From an uncultured Candidatus Saccharibacteria bacterium (lineage in GTDB: Bacteria; Patescibacteriota; Minisyncoccia; Phycocordibacterales; Phycocordibacteraceae): a stretch of 64,000 bases of DNA. Shown here piece by piece: positions 1-8,931 of this stretch. The position numbers and the translations under genes are program-made. The DNA lies in contig CAYHLC010000001.1 of NCBI GenBank assembly GCA_964357395.1, forward strand, positions 55,599-119,598. Direction: 5' to 3'. Under the pieces are notes generated by a model that was given only the letters and a program-made list of their open reading frames with translations, did no database searches and was not told the DNA's origin. The stretch's first letter is position 1. Every line of letters starts with the position of its first letter.

Positions 1-83
1 AGAGCTATTCTGCTCCGATTGAACGCGGGCCTTAGGAAGCGAGGCGCGCCGAACTACGCAGAGGACTACTACAGCGCACCTGC

Positions 84-728
84 TCAGTGAGCGAGCGCAA
101 TAGCTATGACGCGCTTGGCGCCAGCTTCGAGGAGAGCTCGGCGAGCGTCTTTCAGTGTGGCGCCGCTCTCTACAACATCGTCTATGAGTAGGATGGTGCG
201 CCCCTCGACGAGCTCGACGTGGGGAACTCGAAATGCATCGCTAATATTCTTTTTCCGCTCGCTCCGCGGAACGTGGACTTGGCTTACGCGTTCAGCGCGG
301 GCAAGTGCGTGCGGTTCGTAGCGTAGGCTAACCTCCGTAGCGATGACGGAGGCAAACAGGGCTGCCTGGCTGTACCCGCGCTCGCGGAGGCGCCTCGGCG
401 AGGAGGGGATAGGCACGACCACAGGCGCTGCCATACCGCCGAGCGCGCTCTCGTCGCTCAGGTAATCCGTTATATAGTCTGCAGCAATCGCGCCCATACG
501 GAGCGCCACTTCCTTTTCGCCGTAATACTTGACCGCCTTGATGCAGGCGCGCACTTCCGCGTTCCAGTACGGCCAGAGGGTGTGGATCCACGCCGCCCTC
601 TCGAGTGTCGAGGGGCGCAGCAAGGCAGAAAGGCGCCCGGAAGTTACCGTGCGCGCCAGAATCGCATTCCGGTGACGTGGTAGCAGTAAGTCAAAAAGTC
701 TAGCAACAAGGCGTCTAAATTGGCTCAT
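84..728 (-). CDS. comF: ComF-family protein (phosphoribosyltransferase-domain competence protein)
   Basis: 214 aa. C-terminal PRTase-type motif LLIDDVVESGATL...AKRVIAIALA is typical of ComFC. Divergently oriented next to the pilus operon. Confidence 0.65.
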   Translation of the reverse strand: MSQFRRLVARLFDLLLPRHRNAILARTVTSGRLSALLRPSTLERAAWIHTLWPYWNAEVRACIKAVKYYGEKEVALRMGAIAADYITDYLSDESALGGMAAPVVVPIPSSPRRLRERGYSQAALFASVIATEVSLRYEPHALARAERVSQVHVPRSERKKNISDAFRVPHVELVEGRTILLIDDVVESGATLKDARRALLEAGAKRVIAIALAH

Positions 729-757
729 ACGCTCATGATATACTCAGCGCGAGTACT

Positions 758-1870
758 ATGCAGTTTTCTTTTGGCGGCATTACAGACGTCCTGACTAGGC
801 TCGGCGGCTCCCTACGCAAGTCGGAGGGTGATAGTGTTGTTGGTGTTGATATTGGCACCTCTACTATTAAGCTCGTCCAGCTGCGCTCTCGTAAGGGGTC
901 GGCAGTTCTTGAGACCTACGGCGAGATAGCACTCGGCCCCTATGCAGGTGCAGAAGTAGGGCAGGCGGTGAGTCCGCCGGCAGAAAAGATTAGCGAGGCG
1001 CTCGCGGACTTGATGCGCGAGGCAAACGTAACCGCAACCACTGGCGGTGTTGCGATACCGCTCTCTGCGTCACTCATCTCCGTGATCACGCTACCGACGA
1101 AGAGTAAGGAGGAACTCGCAACGATGGTGCCGATTGAGGCACGGAAGTACATCCCGGTCCCGGTTTCGGAAGTCGCACTTGACTGGTTTGTCATTCCAGA
1201 AGAAGAGATACAGTTCCTCGGTGCGCCAGCGGCAACGCGGCCAGCAAACGCAACTGACGTCTTGATGGTTGCGATACACAAGGCGACGCTCGCGCGGCAA
1301 GAGACGATCGCCAAGGGCGCCAAGCTCACCCCCGGCTTTTATGAGATCGAGCCATTTTCCTTCGCGCGCGCGTCCTACGAGCACGGCACCGCGCCAACGA
1401 TGATGATCGACATGGGGGCGTCGTCGACCCGTGTCTATATTATTGAGTTCGGTATTATTGCCGTCTCGCACACCGTGAATAGGGGCGGGCAGGACATCAC
1501 GCTCGCGCTCTCGAAGTCCAAGAGCATCCCCTTTAACGAAGCAGAGGCACTGAAGCGCTCCTCGTCCATCGCAACGGAGGAAACGGGGCGAAACGCACTA
1601 GAGTTCGTCTTTTCTGAAGCGCGTCGCATACTCCTCACGTACCAACGGAAGACCAACAAGGCAGTGTCACGCGTCGTCCTTGTGGGCGGTGGTGCGCAGA
1701 TGAAGGGGATGTCAGAGGTGGCGCATACCTACTTCGATGCACCCGTGGTCCTCGGCAGCCCGTTTGATCGGGTATCCGCGCCCGCGTTCATCTCAGACGT
1801 TTTGACTGGAGCAGGACCATCGTTCGCCTCCGCCATCGGCCTTGCCCTCCGCGCTTTGGAGAGAAAGTAG
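758..1870 (+). CDS. pilM: Type IV pilus assembly protein PilM (actin-like ATPase fold)
   Basis: 370 aa. N-terminal VVGVDIGTSTIKLVQL sugar-kinase/actin-like phosphate-1 motif. Position is first in the pilMNO-pilB-pilT-pilC order. Confidence 0.8.
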   Translation: MQFSFGGITDVLTRLGGSLRKSEGDSVVGVDIGTSTIKLVQLRSRKGSAVLETYGEIALGPYAGAEVGQAVSPPAEKISEALADLMREANVTATTGGVAIPLSASLISVITLPTKSKEELATMVPIEARKYIPVPVSEVALDWFVIPEEEIQFLGAPAATRPANATDVLMVAIHKATLARQETIAKGAKLTPGFYEIEPFSFARASYEHGTAPTMMIDMGASSTRVYIIEFGIIAVSHTVNRGGQDITLALSKSKSIPFNEAEALKRSSSIATEETGRNALEFVFSEARRILLTYQRKTNKAVSRVVLVGGGAQMKGMSEVAHTYFDAPVVLGSPFDRVSAPAFISDVLTGAGPSFASAIGLALRALERK

Positions 1871-1883
1871 TGCAAAAGCTTCT

Positions 1884-1976
1884 AGGTGCTAGGTACTAGC
1901 TCCCAGCTTTTAATTTTCTGCACAGCTAGTCCCTAACACCTAGTCCCTAGTACCTCTTTGAGTGTTACACTCAAAG
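1884..1976 (+). promoter_or_regulatory. Structured pilM-pilN spacer: 17-nt imperfect inverted repeat plus a perfect 9-bp hairpin ending 1 nt before the pilN ATG
   Basis: Left arm aggtgctaggtactagc (1884-1900). Right arm gctagtccctaacacct (1925-1941); its reverse complement matches the left arm at 15 of 17 positions. CTAG-rich. Perfect hairpin ctttgagtg-tta-cactcaaag at 1956-1976. Confidence 0.3.
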
Positions 1977-1977
1977 C

Positions 1978-2631
1978 ATGCCAGATCGTGTGACCACCTC
2001 CTTCATACCGAAGGACTCATTGGTGACTGAGCGAGGTCCTCGCACGCCTAATCGCAGCCCCCTCGCGTTCGTCAACCTGATTGCGGGCGGCATCCTCATT
2101 ATCTCAATACTCGCCTGCGCGGGCATGTTCCTCTTCAAAACCTACACCGAGTCATCCATTTCATCGAAACAGGAGTCGCTCGATCGCCAGCGAGCCGCGT
2201 TCGAGCCTGCGACTATCCAGGAGTTACTCCGCCTCGACCGCCGCCTTATGGCCTCGAGCGAGCTGCTTCGCAACCACATGGCGATCTCGCTCCTCTTTGA
2301 GGACCTCGAGGCACGCACTGGTACCAACGTCCGATTCAATGACTTCAAGTTTGAGTCGCTCACCGCTGGCAAGAAGACTATTAATATGAGCGGCACCGCT
2401 CGGAGCTTCAACTCCGTTGCGCTTCAGGCGGACGCGTTCGGCAAGTCAACCCTGTTTAAGGACCCGATCTTCTCGAACCTCAACATCGATGCGAAGGGGA
2501 TAGTGATCTTCGACTTCGCGGGCATTGTGGACACTGCGCGCCTGAACTATGCAGCGCTGGCTACCGCACCCATTGTTGATATTGACGAGAGAATCACAGA
2601 GCCGCTCCCCGAATCACCACTTGAACCATGA
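1978..2631 (+). CDS. pilN: PilN-like pilus assembly protein (N-terminal TM plus coiled-coil)
   Basis: 217 aa. Single N-terminal hydrophobic helix (LIAGGILIISILACAGMFLF). Sits between pilM and pilO. ATGA overlap with the next gene. Confidence 0.55.
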   Translation: MPDRVTTSFIPKDSLVTERGPRTPNRSPLAFVNLIAGGILIISILACAGMFLFKTYTESSISSKQESLDRQRAAFEPATIQELLRLDRRLMASSELLRNHMAISLLFEDLEARTGTNVRFNDFKFESLTAGKKTINMSGTARSFNSVALQADAFGKSTLFKDPIFSNLNIDAKGIVIFDFAGIVDTARLNYAALATAPIVDIDERITEPLPESPLEP

Positions 2632-3173
2632 AAGGCATCATCCCCATCATCTGCATAGTGATAGCCGGAGGTCTCTTTTACTGGTATATCGACCCGACCT
2701 ATGCCGAGGTCAGGGAGCTGCGTGCCGAGGAGGCGACACTCAACCAAGCCCTCGACCGGGCACTCGAGCTACAGGAAACACGCGACCAACTGCTCTCGCG
2801 CTACAACACCTTTGCACAGCTCGACCTCGAGCGGCTCGAGAAGCTCTTGCCCGACCATGTCGACAACGTTCGACTCGTACTTGACCTCGATGGCATAGCG
2901 GTTAAGTATGGCATGCGCGTTCGAAACGTTACCATCGAAGATCCAAACAAGAACAAGAAGCCAACCGATGTTGTTGGTCCCGCAGAGTCGCGCTACGAGT
3001 CGATGGTGATCTCGTTCTCCGTCACTGGCAACTACGACACGTTCCGACAGTTCATGCTCGATTTGGAGCGCTCACTCCGCATCGTCGACCTGGAGTCGCT
3101 CACCTTTAGTGCAGCTGAGAACGACTTGTACGACTTCAGCGTCTCATTACGAACTTACTGGCTCACACCATGA
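2628..3173 (+). CDS. pilO: PilO-like pilus assembly protein
   Basis: 181 aa. N-terminal TM (IIPIICIVIAGGLFYWY) followed by a coiled-coil segment. Translationally coupled (ATGA) to both neighbours. Confidence 0.5.
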   Translation: MKGIIPIICIVIAGGLFYWYIDPTYAEVRELRAEEATLNQALDRALELQETRDQLLSRYNTFAQLDLERLEKLLPDHVDNVRLVLDLDGIAVKYGMRVRNVTIEDPNKNKKPTDVVGPAESRYESMVISFSVTGNYDTFRQFMLDLERSLRIVDLESLTFSAAENDLYDFSVSLRTYWLTP

Positions 3174-3475
3174 TGGACCTCTTCCGCCGCTACCAAACGA
3201 TCATCCTGTTCATTGTTGCAGTGGCGTTCATATTCTTAGGCTACAAGGCGTTCTTTGCTCCAGCAGAGGACCCCGCAGTCCTCACGGTAAGCGAGGAGGC
3301 GTCGGGCCCCGATCAGGAGCTGATTGCACTCCTTTTTGAGCTCCGCGCGATACAGCTCGACCCCGCCATATTTGCTGACCCAATATTCCAGTCCCTTTCA
3401 GACTTCAGCCTCGAGTTGGTACCAGAGCCAACTGGCAGGCAGAACCCATTTGCACCGCTCGGCGGCACAGAATGA
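3170..3475 (+). CDS. Small membrane protein of the pilus operon (PilP-like role possible)
   Basis: 101 aa with an N-terminal TM helix. Coupled upstream of pilB. No recognisable family motif. Confidence 0.4.
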   Translation: MMDLFRRYQTIILFIVAVAFIFLGYKAFFAPAEDPAVLTVSEEASGPDQELIALLFELRAIQLDPAIFADPIFQSLSDFSLELVPEPTGRQNPFAPLGGTE

Positions 3476-3478
3476 TCC

Positions 3479-5269
3479 ATGGATGTCCTCTCAATACTTA
3501 CGGAACGGGGTCTCCTTCCGAAAGGGGCTTTGGCGACGATCAAGGAGGAGGTAGCGAATGGGCAGAAGTCGATGGAGCGGGCACTCCTCGACCGTGGAGT
3601 ATCGTCTAAGGACATACTGGATGCGAGAGGAGAGTACTATCAAGTGCCGACGCGCGTCCTTGAGGACGGTAGCGTGCAATACGAGGTGCTGCGCTATGTC
3701 CCCGAAGAGTCTGCTCGCCACTACCGTTTTGTACCCATAGCGGTTATCGACGGCGCCTTGGAGGTTGGCACCACCGATCCTGACAACCTCGAGGCGCTCG
3801 AGGCGCTGAACTTTATTTCGAGCAAGGTATCGCTGCCGTACAAGGTGTACCTGATTTCTGACGAAGACTTTGACAAGGTGATCGCGCTCTACAAGGGGCT
3901 CACGACTGAGGTCGGGAAGGCGCTCACCGAACTCGAGACCTCAATCTCGCCCGAGGAGGCAGCGGCAGAGGCGGCCGCCGAGACGACAGCGGACCTCAAA
4001 GACGTTGTTGGGGGAGCGTTGAAAGAGGACGCACCAGTCACCAAGATCGTTGCAACCATATTGCGTTACGCGGTGGACGGGCGCGCGTCCGACATCCACA
4101 TCGAGCCAGCAGACAAGGAGCTCCGCGTCCGATTCCGTGTAGACGGCATACTACACACCTCACTCCGTTTACCCAAGAATGTCGAGCGAGCCGTCGTTGC
4201 GCGTATCAAGGTGCTGTCGTCCTTGAAGCTCGACGAACGGCGGAAGCCGCAGGACGGTCGCTTTTCCGCGACGATCGACAATAGGCAGATCGACTTTCGT
4301 GTCTCTACCTTCCCCTCGTATCATGGAGAGAAGGTGGTGATGCGTATTTTGGATAAGAGTCACGAAAAACTCACTTTGGCTGATCTCGGACTCGCGAAGT
4401 ACAACGTCGACATCATACGAAACGCGATTCAGCGCCCGTACGGACTCATTATCATCTCAGGCCCGACTGGTAGCGGTAAGTCGACGACGCTCTACGCGAT
4501 GCTACAAGAGTTGGACCGAGAGGGGATGAACGTCGTCTCCTTGGAGGATCCGGTCGAGTACGACGTCGAGGGAGTGTCGCAGTCCCAAGTGCGCCCGGAA
4601 ATTGGATACACCTTCGCTTCGGGACTCCGCTCCATTCTCCGCCAGGACCCAGACATCATCATGGTGGGAGAGATCCGCGATCGGGAGACGGGCCAGCTTG
4701 CAATCCAGGCAGCGCTGACCGGCCACTTAGTTTTGACGACCCTCCACACCAACAACGCGATTGGTATCGTGCCACGCCTCGTCGACATGGGTATCGACCC
4801 GTACCTGATTGCACCGACGCTCATCCTCTCGATTGCGCAGCGTCTGGTCCGTCGCAAGTGCAAGGATGCAGGGAAGCCAATGAAGGTCGAGGGGTCAGTC
4901 AAGGCCATGATCGACCGCGAGTTCCAGGACGTACCGCCGGAGTTTATGAAGCGCGTACCAGCCGCGACGGAGGTCTATGGTGTAGAGCCGACGGCCGAGT
5001 GTCCAAATGGTACCCGTGGCCGTGTGGGAGTCTTTGAGTTCATCGCCACTTCGAAGGAGATGGAGCGTGTCATCCTCAGTAAGCCGGTTAACGAAGAGAT
5101 CTATAACGTCGCACGCAAACAAGGAATGTTCAGTATGAAAGAGGATGCTATTATAAAAATGCTTGAAGGGGCCATACCCTTTGAGGAGGTGAACACCCTC
5201 GGCGGTGCCATTCTTGACGAAGAGGAGGAGCCGAAGACTAAGCCAGAACCAGAATCAGTAACATCATGA
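3479..5269 (+). CDS. pilB: Type IV pilus assembly ATPase PilB/GspE family
   Basis: 596 aa. Walker A GPTGSGKSTT, Asp box, His box (TLHTNNA). C-terminal tetracysteine-like region (CKDAG...ECPNGTRG). N-terminal GspE-N type domain. Confidence 0.9.
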   Translation: MDVLSILTERGLLPKGALATIKEEVANGQKSMERALLDRGVSSKDILDARGEYYQVPTRVLEDGSVQYEVLRYVPEESARHYRFVPIAVIDGALEVGTTDPDNLEALEALNFISSKVSLPYKVYLISDEDFDKVIALYKGLTTEVGKALTELETSISPEEAAAEAAAETTADLKDVVGGALKEDAPVTKIVATILRYAVDGRASDIHIEPADKELRVRFRVDGILHTSLRLPKNVERAVVARIKVLSSLKLDERRKPQDGRFSATIDNRQIDFRVSTFPSYHGEKVVMRILDKSHEKLTLADLGLAKYNVDIIRNAIQRPYGLIIISGPTGSGKSTTLYAMLQELDREGMNVVSLEDPVEYDVEGVSQSQVRPEIGYTFASGLRSILRQDPDIIMVGEIRDRETGQLAIQAALTGHLVLTTLHTNNAIGIVPRLVDMGIDPYLIAPTLILSIAQRLVRRKCKDAGKPMKVEGSVKAMIDREFQDVPPEFMKRVPAATEVYGVEPTAECPNGTRGRVGVFEFIATSKEMERVILSKPVNEEIYNVARKQGMFSMKEDAIIKMLEGAIPFEEVNTLGGAILDEEEEPKTKPEPESVTS

Positions 5270-5658
5270 CAGACGCACAAAAAGACCTAGTACTCCTCGT
5301 AGACGATGATGCGTTCCTCCTCGACATGTACGCCATGAAGTTTAAGCAATGCGGATTGCTGGTTGATGCGGTGTCGAACCCGGTTGCGGCGCTCGATAAG
5401 CTGCGCGCAGGCCTCGTGCCAGGCGTCATTCTCCTCGATGTCATCATGCCAGGCCTGAATGGTTTCGAGTTCTTGGAGATAGTACGGAAGGAAGGGCTTG
5501 CCAAAGAGGCGAAAGTCATCATGCTCTCGAACCAGGGCCAGCAAGAGGATATTGATAAGGCAACCGCGCTCGGCGCGGACGGCTACATCATTAAGGCGAG
5601 TGCGATCCCGTCTGAAGTCTGCGACAAGGCGCTCGCAATCATTGGTACTAAGAAATAA
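5266..5658 (+). CDS. Single-domain response regulator (CheY-like receiver) embedded between pilB and pilT
   Basis: 130 aa. LLVDDDAFLLDMY ... LLDVIMPGLNGFE ... VIMLSNQ ... GADGYIIK receiver motifs (acidic pocket, phospho-Asp, conserved Lys). ATGA overlap with pilB. Confidence 0.8.
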   Translation: MTDAQKDLVLLVDDDAFLLDMYAMKFKQCGLLVDAVSNPVAALDKLRAGLVPGVILLDVIMPGLNGFEFLEIVRKEGLAKEAKVIMLSNQGQQEDIDKATALGADGYIIKASAIPSEVCDKALAIIGTKK

Positions 5659-5659
5659 C

Positions 5660-6727
5660 ATGGCGCTCAACTACGCAACGGAACTAGAGCAGCTCATCGA
5701 AACCGTGATTGCGGAGGGTGGCTCGGACATACACCTCTCCGCGAAAGCACACCCCATCATCCGTGTCTCAGGCAACCTGATACCACTACTGAAGAAGCCC
5801 GAGTACACAGGCGAGGATACACGTGGCATCCTCAACGAGCTTATCGGTGGAGAGAAGTTGAAGCTTTTTAGCGAGAAGCAGGAGGTCGACTTTTCATACG
5901 CGTACAAAGACAAGGTGCGATTCCGAGGCAATGGTTTTGTGCAGCAAGGAACGGTCTCTTTGGCACTCCGCCTCATTCCCAACGAGATCAAGACGCTCTC
6001 CGACTTGCAGTTGCCGCAAGTACTAGAGACCTTCTGTCAGATGCAGCAAGGCTTTTTCCTTGTAGTGGGGCCGGTGGGGCAGGGCAAGTCGACGACGCTT
6101 GCCGCAATGATCGAGAAGATCAACCAGGATAGGACCGAGCACATCGTGACGATCGAGGACCCGATCGAGTACACCTTCGTCAGTAAGAACTCGACCATCA
6201 ATCAGCGCGAGGTAAAGATCGACACGCACAGCTTTCAGGACGCACTGAACTCCGCGTTTCGTCAGGATATCGATGTGATCATGGTAGGCGAGATGCGCGG
6301 CCCCGAGACGATGGCTGCTGCCGTTACTGCTGCAGAGACGGGCCACTTGGTCCTCTCAACCCTACATACCAACAACGCAGCGCAGACTATCGACCGCATC
6401 ATCGACACCTTCCCGGCCTCCCAACAGGATCAGATCCGCTTGCAGCTCGCAGCCTCCTTGGCGGGTATCTTTTCGCAACGCCTCATACCACGCATTTCTG
6501 GCGGCCTCATCCCTGCGTACGAGCTCCTCCTCAACACCGAGGCGGTTGCAAACCTGATTCGTGAGCGCCGCACACACGAGATTAATGCCATGATCGAGAC
6601 CGGCTCTGAGCTCGGCATGATTGACATGAACCGCTGCCTCGCAGACCTGGTCCGCCGTGGCGAGGTGACGCCGGAAAATGCGGTTGCCCGCTCGCTGAAC
6701 CCTAAGACGTTTATGCGATTGATCTAA
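5660..6727 (+). CDS. pilT: Twitching motility / pilus retraction ATPase PilT
   Basis: 355 aa starting at MALNYATELEQL. Walker A GPVGQGKSTT, TLHTNNA His box, AIRNLIRE-like motif (AVANLIRERR). The annotated ORF 5498..6727 has an N-terminal extension overlapping the receiver gene, judged non-coding. Confidence 0.9.
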   Translation: MALNYATELEQLIETVIAEGGSDIHLSAKAHPIIRVSGNLIPLLKKPEYTGEDTRGILNELIGGEKLKLFSEKQEVDFSYAYKDKVRFRGNGFVQQGTVSLALRLIPNEIKTLSDLQLPQVLETFCQMQQGFFLVVGPVGQGKSTTLAAMIEKINQDRTEHIVTIEDPIEYTFVSKNSTINQREVKIDTHSFQDALNSAFRQDIDVIMVGEMRGPETMAAAVTAAETGHLVLSTLHTNNAAQTIDRIIDTFPASQQDQIRLQLAASLAGIFSQRLIPRISGGLIPAYELLLNTEAVANLIRERRTHEINAMIETGSELGMIDMNRCLADLVRRGEVTPENAVARSLNPKTFMRLI

Positions 6728-6728
6728 C

Positions 6729-7937
6729 ATGCTCTTTAACTACCAAGCAATCGACCAGGCAGGCGTGAAGCAAAGCGGATCGGTGGATGCTATCTCGCGC
6801 GATGTCGCTATCGCATCCTTGCAGCGCAGAGGCTTCTCCGTCACCTCTGTCGAGGAAGCGCAGGAAGGGGGGAGCGGGCTGAACCTCAACATCACCCTCT
6901 TTGAGGGAGTCGCCACGAAAGACGTCGTCCTCCTCTCGCGCGAGATCGCGACACTCTTCGAGGCGCAGGTGTCTGCGCTCCGCATCTTCCGGCTTCTCGC
7001 GACTGAGTCAGAAAAGCCGATACTACGAAAGACGCTGACCGAAGTTGCGGACGATGTACAGAGTGGTGCGCCGATATCAAAGGCGATGAGCAAGCACCCG
7101 AAGGTGTTCAGTGCCTTTTATACCAACATGATCAAGGCGGGCGAAGAGGCAGGAAAGCTGGACGAGACGTTCCTCTACCTCGCCGATTATCTCGACCGCT
7201 CCTACGAGGTGGTATCGAAGGCCAGAAACGCCCTCATATACCCAGCATTCGTTATCGCCACCTTCGTCGTGGTAATGATCCTCATGATGACATTCGTGAT
7301 TCCGCATATCAGCCAGATCCTCCTCGAGTCTGGACAGGAGATCCCGGCATACACCAAGGTGGTTATCGCGATCAGCACCTTCTTTGTTGACTATGGTGTG
7401 TTCCTCCTTATCCTCGCAGTCGTAGGCTCATTCTTCCTCTACCGGTACTCCAAGACGCCCACGGGACGTGCGGCGTTCGACCGATTCTTACTTTCCATCC
7501 CCTACATCGGCGAACTGTTTAAGAAACTGTACCTCGCTCGTATCGCAGATAACATGTCCACCATGCTCACCTCCGGTATCGCAGTGGTGCAGGCAACCGA
7601 GATCACTGCGTCTGTGGTGGGGAGTGCTGTGTACGAAGAGATATTAAATGATGTGGCGGCAACGGTGAAAGGGGGCGGCGCTATGTCGATTGCACTGCAG
7701 AATCACGCGGAGGTGCCGGGCATTATGACGGCTATGATCAAGGTGGGCGAGGAGACAGGAGAGCTCGGGTCTATCCTAAAGACGCTCGCGAAGTTCTATA
7801 ACCGAGAGGTGTCGAACACGGTGGACACACTGGTCGACCTTATCGAACCGTTCATGATCGTCCTTCTCGGTCTTTCTGTCGGTATCTTGCTCGCATCGGT
7901 CCTTATCCCCATCTACAACGTCTCGACCGCCATTTAG
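6729..7937 (+). CDS. pilC: Type IV pilus inner-membrane platform protein PilC/GspF family
   Basis: 402 aa. Two GspF-type repeats, each with a TM segment. Directly follows pilT. Confidence 0.85.
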   Translation: MLFNYQAIDQAGVKQSGSVDAISRDVAIASLQRRGFSVTSVEEAQEGGSGLNLNITLFEGVATKDVVLLSREIATLFEAQVSALRIFRLLATESEKPILRKTLTEVADDVQSGAPISKAMSKHPKVFSAFYTNMIKAGEEAGKLDETFLYLADYLDRSYEVVSKARNALIYPAFVIATFVVVMILMMTFVIPHISQILLESGQEIPAYTKVVIAISTFFVDYGVFLLILAVVGSFFLYRYSKTPTGRAAFDRFLLSIPYIGELFKKLYLARIADNMSTMLTSGIAVVQATEITASVVGSAVYEEILNDVAATVKGGGAMSIALQNHAEVPGIMTAMIKVGEETGELGSILKTLAKFYNREVSNTVDTLVDLIEPFMIVLLGLSVGILLASVLIPIYNVSTAI

Positions 7938-8003
7938 GGCTACAATAAGTAGGACCCACAAGGTCCTTAGCCTAGCTACTTATTAATAATTCGATATTAC
8001 ATT

Positions 8004-8459
8004 ATGAAGTCATTCCGAGGTTTTACGCTCATCGAGCTCCTCGTCGTTATCGCCATCATCGGCATCCTTTCGTCGATCGTCTTGGCATCACTTAATACCG
8101 CCCGCTTGAAGAGTCGTGACGCACGTCGCGTTGCTGACATCAAGCAGGTGCAGCTTGCGCTCCAGCTCTACTACGACGCCAACAGCGCGTATCCAGCTGC
8201 GCTCTCATCACTCGCACCGACCTATATCGCGACTATCCCTCGCGATCCGGTTGACCCAACCAACAACCCGTATCCGTATGACCAGCTGACGACTGGCTCG
8301 TCGTACCACATAGGTGCGAACCTCGAGGACTCGGCTAACGCAGCATTGCAGTCTGACCTCGATACGGCTGCCGATACCGGTACTGTTGACTCGGGGCTCG
8401 ATGCAGCAGGTTGCACGACCGGTGTGACCACGAGGTACTGTTACGACGTAGGTCCCTAA
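8004..8459 (+). CDS. pilA: Type IV major pilin, copy 1 (prepilin with class III signal)
   Basis: 151 aa. MKSFRG|FTLIELLVVIAIIGILSSIVL with Glu at +5. C-terminal Cys pair (GCTTGVTTRYC). Confidence 0.8.
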   Translation: MKSFRGFTLIELLVVIAIIGILSSIVLASLNTARLKSRDARRVADIKQVQLALQLYYDANSAYPAALSSLAPTYIATIPRDPVDPTNNPYPYDQLTTGSSYHIGANLEDSANAALQSDLDTAADTGTVDSGLDAAGCTTGVTTRYCYDVGP

Positions 8460-8920
8460 TCAACTATATGAAACTAAGAGGCTTTACCCTTATTGAGCTT
8501 TTGGTGGTGATTGCCATCATCGGTATTCTCTCCTCCATCGTGCTCGCGTCGCTGAACTCCGCCAGGCTGAAGAGTCGTGATGCACGTCGCGTTGCTGACA
8601 TCAAGCAGGTGCAGCTTGCGCTCCAGCTCTACTACGACGCCAACAGCGCGTATCCAGCTGCGCTCTCATCACTCGCACCGACCTATATCGCGACTATCCC
8701 TCGCGATCCGGTTGACCCAACCAACAACCCGTATCCGTATGACCAGCTGACGACTGGCTCGTCGTACCACATAGGTGCGAACCTCGAGGACTCGGCTAAC
8801 GCAGCATTGCAGTCTGACCTCGATACGGCTGCCGATACCGGTACTGTTGACTCGGGGCTCGATGCAGCAGGTTGCACGACCGGTGTGACCACGAGGTACT
8901 GTTACGACGTCGGCCCTTAG
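8108..8920 (+). repeat. Tandem direct repeat: about 350 nt of near-identical DNA (8108-8459 and 8569-8920) forming the 3' three-quarters of both pilin genes
   Basis: The two copies differ only at gac/gat near the start and at 3 synonymous sites plus the stop codon at the end. The preceding ~105 nt of each gene differ at many synonymous positions. Confidence 0.85.
8468..8920 (+). CDS. pilA: Type IV major pilin, copy 2 (tandem paralog)
   Basis: 150 aa starting MKLRG|FTLIELLVVIAIIGILSSIVL. From residue ~33 the protein is identical to copy 1. The annotated ORF 8411..8920 carries a spurious N-terminal extension. Confidence 0.8.
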   Translation: MKLRGFTLIELLVVIAIIGILSSIVLASLNSARLKSRDARRVADIKQVQLALQLYYDANSAYPAALSSLAPTYIATIPRDPVDPTNNPYPYDQLTTGSSYHIGANLEDSANAALQSDLDTAADTGTVDSGLDAAGCTTGVTTRYCYDVGP

Positions 8921-8931
8921 CTACGGGGGGC

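Noticed and set aside
5498-5659. N-terminal extension of the PilT ORF
   Set aside because: Arg/Ser-rich nonsense overlapping the receiver gene. PilT homology begins at MALNYATELEQL (5660).
8222-8892. Two identical 69-aa minus-strand ORFs (8222..8431 and 8683..8892)
   Set aside because: They are antisense reflections of the duplicated pilin DNA and have no start context. Pilin genes on the plus strand explain the region.
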